From: Takakia lepidozioides
Taxonomy: Eukaryota; Plantae; Bryophyta
Direction: 5' to 3'
NCBI GenBank assembly: GCA_030704615.1
Contig: CM060734.1
Coordinates: 11,966,001-12,030,000, forward strand
DNA length: 64,000 nt
A program made the position numbers and the translations under genes. Positions 1-9,972 of this stretch are shown piece by piece. The notes under the pieces are model-generated. The model worked only from the letters and a program-made list of their open reading frames with translations, had not been told where the DNA came from and searched no databases. Position 1 is the first letter of the stretch. Each line of letters begins with the position of its first letter.

Positions 1-299
1 GCTTAGGGCACTACAGAAGAGAAACGAACGAACAACAAGAGATAGCAATTAAGCAAGTTGCCAGGTCCAGTCTAGGTGTCGTGATGTTTTCTTGCTTCCA
101 CTGCAGCTCATGTAGCATCGAAGCTGGACTGATGGCTTGTCTGATCAAGAGGAAGTGTTAGATTCTATCCCGGTGGGTGTGAAACAGGGCCCCCGTTTTT
201 ACTAAACAGTATGTCTGTATGAAGGGGGTGTTGAACGTGTAGAATCAAAGTTAGGGTAGGTTCTTTCCGTTTGAGGTACTTGGGGAGAGGTGGGGGTAT

Positions 300-660
300 G
301 AACATACTTAAGTTGATTTGGGTCAATTGTGGCGAGTAGATTGACCGCTACCGGGAGGCGTAGGAGAGGGTGAGAGGTACTAGGTATGTTTTGCTGTGTG
401 AGGATGAGGATTGTGGAGGCATAAGGAGAAGAGTGACCTGCAAATTGTGCCCAGTGAAGAGCTTCGTGAGTAAGGGGGCTAGAGGGGGGGTGAGCAAAGC
501 CCCGACCTTCCCAGATGTGCTGGGTAGCACTACCCGTGGCTCCAAAGATACAGTCTCTATGATGTGGGCTGGAGAATATGTGCAAGTCCATAGGACATGT
601 CAGTGGGCTGGAGTGATACGAGTGGATGAGCTGAAAGGTGTTGATAAGTAAGGCAAGAAT
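300..660 (-). pseudogene. PCIF1/CAPAM-like N6-adenine methyltransferase-like domain within the LINE ORF
   Basis: Same frame as the RT ORF 745..1260, with only TGA 745-747 and TAG 664-666 intervening. Translation ILALLINTFQLIHSYHSSPLTCPMDLHIFSSPHHRDCIFGATGSATQHIWEGRGFAHPPSSPLTHEALHWAQFAGHSSPYASTILIL resembles the PCIF1 core (ECFASPLNC..YCS...D..FGSRG...GSFEANPPF). Alignment by eye only. Confidence 0.6.
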
Positions 661-1049
661 ATCCTATGGTATGGTATGATGTGCACATGTCGTTTCTAGT
701 CGAGCGAGGGATCGTGGTTTCTTAGGAGGGGTGTCTTTGAGGTATCAGTCAATAAGCCAGTATAATTCAGTAGCAAAGTCTTGCTTCGGGGGTTGTAGGG
801 AGTGTGAGTATTCGTTTGTTGTAGAGTACTTTTCCCATAGCCACGCTAGTCGATTATTGGGGATAACCCCAATGAAGCGGCCATGTTGAGCATAGATGTT
901 GGAGAGGCGAGGGCCCATGTGAATAAGTGGTTGGTCATGCTTGACATCTTTATCAGGGTTGCATTCAGTTATGCAGATGTGTACGTTGGGGGCAGAGATC
1001 GGTTGGTGGATGTATCGGTTATCTATAGGTTGGGTGGGGGTGGTGTGTT

Positions 1050-1730
1050 GACCGCGAGCTAACCATCTTAACAAGGGTTCAAGGAAAATGATAAATAGGT
1101 AGGGGCTTAGTGTGTCACCTTGGATGGTGCCTTGTAGGATGGGAATTGGGGGGGTGGAGCCATAGTAAGAGCCAGAGTATTGGGTAGTGTTGTTGGTGCA
1201 AATGTTACCGATGAGTTGTATTGCATCTATAGGGTATCCTAGGTCAGCCATAACAGCCAATAAGCGGGGATGGTCAAGGGATCCGAAGGCGTTTTCGAAG
1301 TCAATGTAAAGGATATCTATCTTGTTTAGTGAGTTTCGGTCTTCAAGGGCAGATAGGACATATTGATTTGTCTGGTGGTGCTGCGGGTAGCACGAAAACC
1401 TTTTTGGGGGTCGCTTAGGATGCGGTGTTGTTCACCATAGGTAGATAGCATTTTAGTTAACGTGCTAGTGAAGAGTTTATATATAGTGTTTGCGAGGGCT
1501 ATGGGCCTATAGTTGCTAAGGTCAGTGGGATCCCTTTTTTTAAATAGTAGGATGGTTCGGCTGTGCTTCCAGAGATGTGGAATACGGTGGAGCTGGTAAC
1601 AAAGTCGGAAGAATTTAAAGAGGAGGGAGTGGACTTGGGTCCAAGTGCTTGTAGTATGGCGTTTGGAATGAGGCCTGGGCCTGGGGCCTTAGATCGGGAT
1701 AGCGCTTTTAGGCAGGAGTGATACAAGTCT
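1050..1730 (-). pseudogene. Reverse transcriptase fragment of LINE family 1 (motif C and thumb apparently deleted)
   Basis: KAPGPGLIPN, YRPIALAN-like, GFR, YIDFENAFGSLDH and QGDTLSPYLF motifs are present. No YADD follows LEPLLRWLARGQ; the sequence jumps to the post-RT region at about 1050. Confidence 0.8.
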
Positions 1731-2674
1731 ATCGTGAAGAGGTCTAGAATACGGTTGGCGGAGGATCCTCGCTTTTCTAGTGAGAAGCCACCTAGATCAT
1801 GCCATGGGTAGTGTTTGACTTCAAAGGTAGTTAGGTGTGTGTCGGCTAGGATGTAAGCAGTTCACCACGGTGGGTGTGTAGGAAGGCGAGGCCTGGAGCC
1901 AAATTTCATTTTTGATGTCTTCTGGTTTGGTTAGTAGATAACCGAGTTGGTGTGTAAGGCGGTCTATGGGCGGATTAATAGCACGGTTGAAGATGGCTTT
2001 GTAGGCTCTTTTAGGATGATCGTGTAGTAGCTGGCCAAAAGAGGCGACAATATTTTTGTGGTTGTCGGTGACTTTTTGCTTGGTAATTATGAGATATGCT
2101 GCTTTTTTTCCTTCCCTTCCGAGTTTGGAAAGGGCGGCAGTCCATTGAGAAATAGATAATGGGTCCTCCGGGGGGGGGGCATCATGGATTGACATATAGG
2201 TAGTGTTTGAGACAGGTAATGCAGTCCGTTCGCCAGTTATTATAAAGAGGGGGCCGCAGGTGATGGTATGATAGTAAGGGCCCGACGTATGGTGTGGTAT
2301 GCATTGAGGTGGGAGGTCCACGCGCGTTTTTGAGTCCGGGTGAGGTATCCACCGTTTTGTTTTGAGCAAGTGGTTTGGAAGGTCGGGGGGGCAGAGCATG
2401 TGGCTAATACACTTTTAGTCATTTCTTGTATTGTATATGTGAGTATGATCTCGGCTTCGATCCAGGAAGCCTCGGGGGCTACCAGGAGGTTAATATTGGA
2501 GAGTATGGGGGAAATTTTGTGGATAAAGTTTGAGGAGGCTGGATGAGAATGTTTCTGGAATGCATTGATGTTATGTTGGGGGTATGGGTGAGAGAATCCT
2601 GGGTTGAGGGGGTGGGGTATGCACATCCGGAATGGGTCGGAAGGGTATAAGGGATGGGGGGAGGAAGACTGAGA

Positions 2675-3433
2675 CCGGATAGTGGTCCGAGTTGCATAAG
2701 CTATTGATGTGAACGTGACTAAGAATGTGGGACGGGATTACATTACAGGTTTTGAGGTAGAAGCCATCAATCAGGCTTAGTGACGAGTAATTGATACCCC
2801 CTTGTCGGGAGTATTGATAATCCGCAGGAATGTATTTAAGATGCAAGGTCTGGGTGAATTTAGCCCAATCATGGTCTATGGGGGTTTATGGGTACCATTG
2901 AATGAGTGCCCTAGCAGCGTAATGCCCCGTTGAAGTTACCAGCCAATATGATATGGTGGTGTTGGTTATCTAGATGGGTACCTGTGTCTAATATAGTGTT
3001 AAGTGTTTCGGGTATGAGGGGGAGGTCGTCGGCATGTGAGGGCATATACAAATGTATGAGGGTAATAGGGCATAATGCTGGCACGGGTATAATTGGATGA
3101 TTTGGAGGTGAGATCGGACGGGGATAGGTATGGTTATTTTAGTGGTTGTGCTAGGAGAGGGTGTGTACGAAGGATGCCTAGCGCAACACCTCCCCTAGCG
3201 GGTTTGTATGGTGCAGAACGGCGTGAGAGACATTGTTCGGCTGTTGGGGGATTACCATATAAGAGGAAGTAATCTGGTAGAAGTTTATTTATGTAGGAAC
3301 TGCTAGTGTTGTGGGTATGTAGTTTGGTTTCTTGTAAGAGGAAGATATGTGGTTGCGAGGATTCGGCGAAAAGATGGAGTAAGCTTTGGATACTAGTGGA
3401 CAGAGCTCCTACATTCCAAGAGGTGATAGTAAG
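2675..3433 (-). pseudogene. APE-type endonuclease of LINE family 1, copy 1 (frameshifted)
   Basis: TITSWNVG, FLLQETKL, GGVALG, LYMPSH, LIDGFYL and SDHYPV motifs; colinear with ORF 23285..24697 of copy 2. Confidence 0.85.
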
Positions 3434-4739
3434 TGCAGTGGTGCCAATACCCGGGGTGTTGGGCGCGTGGTTGGGAGGAGGGGTGGAGGGGGGTACCTCG
3501 GGTGGGGTTGGCGCTATTGTGGGGGGGGTTGTATCTGGGTATCGGGGTGACGACTTTAAGTGTGGCAGAGAGGATATCTTGGGATAGGAAGGGGAATTTA
3601 TTGGTGATTAGGTAATGGGCTTGATCGGGTGGGGGTGATGCTATGAGGTGGTCTCTGAGAATTTTATGTACCACTCCTGTGCTGAATTTAAGAGGTTGAG
3701 TGAGTTGTGGATCTCGGATAAGTAGTGTGGGGGGGCCAAATAGTTATGAGGGAGCGGGGGCAGCTTTTGTAATTGGTGTAGGAGAGAACGGATTTGTGAG
3801 ATGGAACGGGAGTGGAGATATCCATTACAAGTTTCAGGGAGGGGGGAGGTAGTTACGATAAGGGAGAAGATGAGTTGTGATGTAGGGAAGTTTTGAGTTT
3901 GTGGAGGGCTTTAGAGAAGGCTGAGTAGCAGCTGGAGGGCAGTCCAAAAGTTGCAATGTGATGCGTGGTTGTGTGGTCAGAGCATTGGTAGATAGGGAAG
4001 AAGGGTGCAAAATGGTCTGTGATGTGGCAGTAACTATGTATGAGTGATATGGTGTCCGGTTGGAAGTATTGGGTATATCTATCTTGTGCATCTGCGGGAA
4101 GTTTACTAATAATTATACTGATAGTGGTAGGCCCGAGTTAGGATGTATATCGCCGCATCGTAATAATATTAGGTCTACACAGGTGTTTATATAGAGATTA
4201 TTTGGTGTGGGGGGGGTGATGGTAATAGTATTTGGATTTACTTGGAAATAAAGGATGGCGCCCATGCCGGCCATGAGTAATTTACTCACGTTGGTGGTGA
4301 ATATGGTGAAGTATTTTGAGGGTTTGCGAATTAGTGGGATGTGGCGGGATTATATGATGAGGGGGGTAGTGATCAAGAGCTAAGATGGTGGAGCATGTGG
4401 CTGTTAGGGGGGATGTAGTGAAGGTGAGGTATTTGGGTAGTTCTATTGGTGTACCATGATTGGGGTAGAGGTTGTGCCATGTAAGTGGGAGGGATTTTCA
4501 AACGTGGGGATGGATGTGCCAATGGCTTTGGATGGGATGGATGAAGAGTATCCATCTGTTCGTGTAGGTGTGGTGTCCTCACGTGGATTGACGGTATTCG
4601 TGAGTACGCGGTCGAGTATGGAGGTGTAGAAATGGATGATTGTTTTGATGGGCGGATGATAACTAGAGGAGGTGTGGGTGAGTGGGCCTGGATGAACCCG
4701 GGGGGGGGGGGTGGTAAAGTATGGATGTAGTGGCGGTTA

Positions 4740-5992
4740 GGGAATTCCAAAACGGCCTTGATGTGAAATGCATTGCAATTCACTTGATCACCCCCCTAAA
4801 AGTGCGCAATTCAATTGAACTGCTAAAACTAGCTTGAAAACAACCCTAATTTGAATTGTCAACTAGCAATTCAATTGAATTGTAATCTATAATTTTTAAC
4901 TTATTTCTGTATATAATATATAATGTATATATATTCAAGTTATACTTATACACATATAAGAGTATAATCTAAAAATACATGTTGCCCGTCTATTCTTGCT
5001 GCCCCTCTTTCTTGTGTCCTTGAGGAAATTGTGGAGTTGTGAAGCTAGCCTCAGCCTCAGCCTCAGCGAGAAAGGGAGAGCCAGAGAGGGAGAGAGATCA
5101 GCAACTTCCTGTGATTCACTGGCAAAAGAAACATGGCTGGCTCTGAAAGAAACAGACAAAATCAAACCTGACAACTGATGAAAGGCTTCCCCTGCATCAT
5201 CATGTGATCTCCTAACACTAGTATTTGGCCCAGGAAAAAGAAAACATGTGTTTGGTTTGAGAATTATCAAAAATAATATTGTTTCGATACCCTTACAAAG
5301 GTATCATGTTGAAGTTGGGATGTGTGTACCAAACTCTTACACGTTGATACTCTTACATTGGTATCATATGTACATATTTAAATTATACATATATGCATAC
5401 AAAAATATAAGCTAAAAATGCATGTTGCCCGTCTATTCTTGCTGTCCGTCTGTCAATCCTTTGCCCGTGGTAAGTCTTGAGCCCGAGATAAGCCTAAGGG
5501 AGAGCGAGAGAGGGAGAGAGAGAGAGGAAGTCACGAAGCGCTTGTGAAAGCAAGATTGTCCATCTTTGTGGATGTTGGTGCCAATATATGGCTATGTACA
5601 TATACCAAACGGGATGCATGTGCACGACATACAGACTGTTCTGCACAGCTAATAGCCAGCGAGTTTTAGCTATTTTATCAAAAGCAGGATCATTGTGATC
5701 GGTTGCCACTTCCCTGTTGTCAACAAGGTAGAGACATCTTATCTAGAATTGACTCCCACCCGTTGCGGGACATAATTCGATATATACAGAAATAAGTTAC
5801 AAATTATAGATTACAATTCAATTGAATTGTAGTCAACAATTCAATTGAATCGTAATTGAATTGCAAATTAGGGTTGTTTTCAAGCTAGTTTTAGCAGTTC
5901 AATTGAATTGCAATTGAATTGCGCACTTTTAGGGGGGTGTGATCAAGTGAATTGCAATGCATTTCACATCAAGGCCTTTTTGGAATTCCCTA
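4740..5992. mobile_element. Non-autonomous DNA transposon with long (ca. 150-190 bp) TIRs (MULE/hAT/foldback-like)
   Basis: Left end gggaattccaaaacggccttgatgtgaaatgcattgcaattcacttgatc is the reverse complement of the right end gatcaagtgaattgcaatgcatttcacatcaaggcctttttggaattccc. Flanking direct repeat ggcggtta at 4732-4739 and 5993-6000. Internal direct repeat catgttgcccgtctattcttgctg (ca. 4978, 5421). Confidence 0.85.
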
Positions 5993-6751
5993 GGCGGTTA
6001 GACAAGTCTTCCACTTGGTAGTGGGTGTATGTAGTTGTGTGGGTAGGGGGATGGGCATGAGTAGATTTTTGGGCAGTGGATGTGGATGAATTTCATTCAT
6101 TTGTTTGTGTAAAGAGGGCTTTGCTGCAAGGGGGAGGGTGGCAGTCTGTAGCGGATGAAGGGCCGTGTATGGTATCAGGTGGATGGATGATCTCAGTGGT
6201 GGGTGGGTGAATACTGTCCAGATGGATGAACTTGGTGGTAGGTGGGTGGGTTCTGTCCAGATGGATGAAGTACAATGGATGGATGAATGAGCGCGGGTGA
6301 GCAGGGGGTGAGGGTACAATGAGTGTGTGAGGTGGCGGTCATGAACTGCCAAATGGCGACGGCGGGAGGATCGGGGTGTATCGGGGGTACGTAGGTAAGA
6401 TTAGGATATCTTTGTATTACAGCTCAGACGGTGTGGGAGAGTGCCTGACGTGAAGTTCCAGAAGTTGTGGTCTGTCCTGTTTGGACTTCATAATCTCTAG
6501 TGCTCCATAGTTCTTCTGCGCATGAGCTTGCAGAACAGTGGTTACAAACATTGAAGATTGACTTAGGCTGGCTCACTTTTTCTCAAGATCACCCTCCTCT
6601 TTTTCTAATCTGCATATCATCCACTTTCCAACATGATTTTTTAATACAAGTTTTGAACTTTTTTTCAAGTCTAACATCATTCCACCTAAATCCAGGGTTC
6701 CGGACCCAACGAACCTTCACAGCCTATTCATGATTTAGATGTTGTCACCAG

Positions 6752-6920
6752 CAGTCAATAGCTCAGTTGGTTAAGTGCACTGAGTGCCACCCAGGTGATT
6801 CTGGGGTCAAATCATGCTTCTTGATGGGTGTGGTATTCTCTTCTCCTCCTTCCCTGGGCGGTGGCCCACTTATAGGCCTCTATGTCGCGGTTACAGTGAC
6901 AGAGGTTATTTTCTCCTCTC
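6752..6920 (+). mobile_element. Possible degenerate tRNA-derived SINE
   Basis: A-box-like tagctcagttgg (6759-6770), B-box-like gggtcaaatc (ca. 6804-6813), a 3' stem-loop and a TC-rich end. No cloverleaf or TSD found. Confidence 0.35.
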
Positions 6921-7186
6921 ACTATTAAGGGGCCTGATTTGTGAGCTGTCGCTCCCAGGTGTTTCCCTTTTGAATCTTTCGATGAATGTGATGTTTAGGT
7001 GTTCCTGATCACTTTTAGAGCATTGCACGCCATGGGTTGTGCTTGTATTGCGCAGTAAGCTTGTATGCCAAGTGAGATGGAAGGTAGAAACAAAGAGAGA
7101 GAGAGAGGTGGTGGGTGTGTGGTTTTTGGAGGGGAGGTTTGTGTAGGAGGGCAGTAGTAGCCAGTGGCAGATTCTGAGCAACAGCC

Positions 7187-7805
7187 ATGGAGAGGAAAGA
7201 GGATGCTGCAGGAGAGGGTGCGGGAGGGGGTGGTCCACTGATGAAGAGGAAAAAGAGAAGGCTGGGCGGAGGTGGGCTGAGCCTGGAAGCGTTTGCGTCC
7301 GCGAAGAGCAAGCCCATCGTGACTGCCTCTCAAATTCGTAAGCTGCATGCAATTTTCTCTGTTTCGAGTTGGGAGAAAGCTCGTGCCGCCTACCACTCAT
7401 GATTCTTTTTCTATGGTCGAAGAAGTGTTCCGTGATCTTGTATGAATCACAGGTTAATTTTAGTCTGGTACTAGTTGCCTTCAATGGAAACTACTTCGCT
7501 AAACCCTAAACCCACGATCTCTGTCTTACCTTTATCATCAGTTGAGAGGTTCTGTTGTATTGAATTTCCGCATGCAAGATGTCGAACAGCCTCTTGCTAT
7601 CGACTTTCGTTGTGATTCTTTCATCACAGGAAGCATCGCCATGTGAGTCTACACAGCAAGTTGGATTGAAGATTCAGGGCATTAAATCTATCCCATGGAG
7701 TATAGTGCTTGTTGAAATCGCTTGATGAGGTGCAGACCTCTATGGGTCTCCATGAGACTGTTGCAACGTTGGTGCTTTAAGAGTGATATGCTAATGGGGT
7801 GAGCG

Positions 7806-7838
<33 letters not shown>

Positions 7839-8698
7839 GTGTTCAAGAGAGTAAGATGCTGTTGACCGAAGTATTGCGAAGTGATGTGGGTGCAGGGAAG
7901 CAGCGACAGTTGTATCAGAATGCCAAGAAAGTGCAGAAGTACCGCAAGCTTGTGAAACACTTGGCTGAGGAAGGTCATGCAATTGAGGCCCAACGGAATG
8001 TCCCTAGTAGGGATGCAAAGGTGATACTCTCAATTTACCAGTCTTTCACCATCCCTGCCTTCTATATTGTGTAATTGAACTAGACCTAGCTACATCAGAC
8101 TAAATTTTCTGTATAGGGGTTTGAGCAAATGGTTTCAAGAGTCCGGTGTCCTGATGTCATGGTCTATTGTCCTTTCAAAGCCTGCCAGAGAATAGAGTAC
8201 AAGAGCCACTAGGACCAGTTGGAATCTGGTGGACACCCCCTGTCCAGAGAGATGTGAGAAGGTGTGATTCTACTAACTTCTCTGGATTTTTATACGGGCT
8301 GTGATCAGCAATATCAAAGGGGTGCTGAACGGAAACAATCTATTTCTGATGAAGATCAACTCGGACCATCGGCAGTTAAAGGCAAACAAGCTGTCTCTGC
8401 AAGGAAAAACAGTGATACAAACAAAAAGGAGTCCATTGGAGCTTTCAAGAGGTATCATAGCAAAGTGAGGGCCCCAACTCATCGAGAAGAATATGACAAA
8501 AAGAAGGCACAAGAGGAAATGGAATGGAAGGAAAGGCAGGAGGCTATAACCATGCAGCAAGCAGCTCAGAACAAGGCACATAAGGAGAGGAAGAAGGTGC
8601 AGAGCAAAATGAGGAAGAAGACAGAGAGAGGACAGCCAGTAATGAAGCATCGGGTGCAACAGATACTGGACACTCTGGAACGGCAGTTGACAGAATAG
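7187..8698 (+). CDS. rRNA-processing protein FYV7/CCDC59-like, 3 exons (7187-7337, 7896-8020, 8309-8698), ca. 221 aa
   Basis: GT-AG introns with consistent phase and branch site tactaac at 8271-8277. Motifs GGGLSLEAFASAK, RKQRQLYQNAKKVQKYRKL and C-terminal KKTERGQPVMKHRVQQIL match the plant rRNA_processing family as I recall it. Confidence 0.8.
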
Positions 8699-8738
8699 GG
8701 TGCATTATATAGGGTGCATTACATAGGGTGCATTATAC
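8696..8738 (+). repeat. 14-bp tandem repeat x3 (tagggtgcattaya) overlapping the stop codon
   Basis: tagggtgcattata-tagggtgcattaca-tagggtgcattata, read directly. Confidence 0.9.
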
Positions 8739-9972
8739 TCTTTTCTGAGGACATTTGAGCTAATCTTCCACTGTACTGTTTCTTGCAGCAGTAGGCATTT
8801 AGATGTCATTGCTGGGGTAGGGTCTTGCTTGTGAGAAGTGCAGTTACTACAATCATACAAAGTCATCTCTTCATTCCTGGACTCCGCAATCAGGATTAGT
8901 GCGCATGTAGGCAAACTATACAGAGTTGGCATGGTTGATTATTATGCTGCGAGCTCTTGAAATGTAAGTTCTGCAGAAGTGCTGGAGTCCAAACTGCTAT
9001 GTACAATGCTGGCAAGGTGATAGGTTGTTGCACAATCTGGAGCACTGTGTAGCAATGCTTCACCAAGGTGGGGAACTTTGAAAAGGTGCGAGTGGTCTTG
9101 CTAAATGTTGGGCCATATTTCCCTTTATGTGTTTCTCCATCAGGGCAGTGTTTTCAAATCACTGCCACCTACAACCTTTGTTTTCTGTCAAGGCATTGAG
9201 TTAACACTACAGCAAATAGATGCCTGTGTGGTCCCCCCCATAATCATCTGATGCTTTTTTATGTTTGCTTGATACACAAACCTTAACTGCATGCCAAGTC
9301 CAGTGTTTACAACAGTGAAATACCTCTGCTTTCAAAACAATTGCAGTGAACCAAATTGGTGGTAAATTTGCATGTGCGAATCCATTAGGAAAACCATTGC
9401 AGTAGGCCATGGTAAAGAGCCAGCTTAACTGGTACACATGGGACTTGCTTCTAATTCAAGATACCCAAATTAAATGTGAATCAAACATACACTTAATGCT
9501 CTTTTAATTGGCACTGTGGCACTGTGGTAAACTGTGAAGGAATATGAGGAAAGAACTCTCTTGACAGGTAGGTAGACGAGTCACAATTAGGAATACCCAC
9601 AATATGCAAAGATCTGCTCATAGTAAAAGTCAACAAATATTATCTGACAATGGTGCTTCCCAAAGTATCTACGTCTGATGCTACATGGTGTCTGAAGGAG
9701 CATTTGTACTATCGTTGACAACTATAACTACATCAGACACCACCCCTCCTGTGAAATGGTCATCATAGGAAAGCTTTCTCATATCGACCCAGTCAAGACT
9801 ACAGTTGCTTAGAGTAACTGCTTTCACATTACAAAAATGGGAGGGACTCAGCTTTCCTTTATCCCGAGATCTTCAACTGACAACCCAGAGGGTAAGAGAG
9901 ACCAAGAGACAGTGTGCGCTTGCCCCAGTAGTACTACTGCTGCTACCAAATGAGAGCTGCACCAAATACTTC

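Larger units (their letters stand above)
200..6400 (-). mobile_element. Decayed non-LTR retrotransposon (LINE family 1, RandI/Dualen-like), copy 1, interrupted by a TIR element at 4740-5992
   Basis: Minus-strand order: His/Pro-rich 5' region (ca. 6400-4200), 2A-like LILLRCGDIHPNSG (ca. 4175-4130), APE motifs TITSWNVG (ca. 3430) ... SDHYPV (ca. 2680), RT motifs KAPGP, YIDFENAF, GTIQGDTLSPYLFIIFLEPLLRWL (ca. 1690-1060), then a MTase-like segment. Many stops and frameshifts; both outer ends are approximate. Confidence 0.85.

Noticed and set aside
6752-6830. Functional tRNA gene
   Set aside because: Only A- and B-box-like motifs; acceptor and anticodon stems do not pair.
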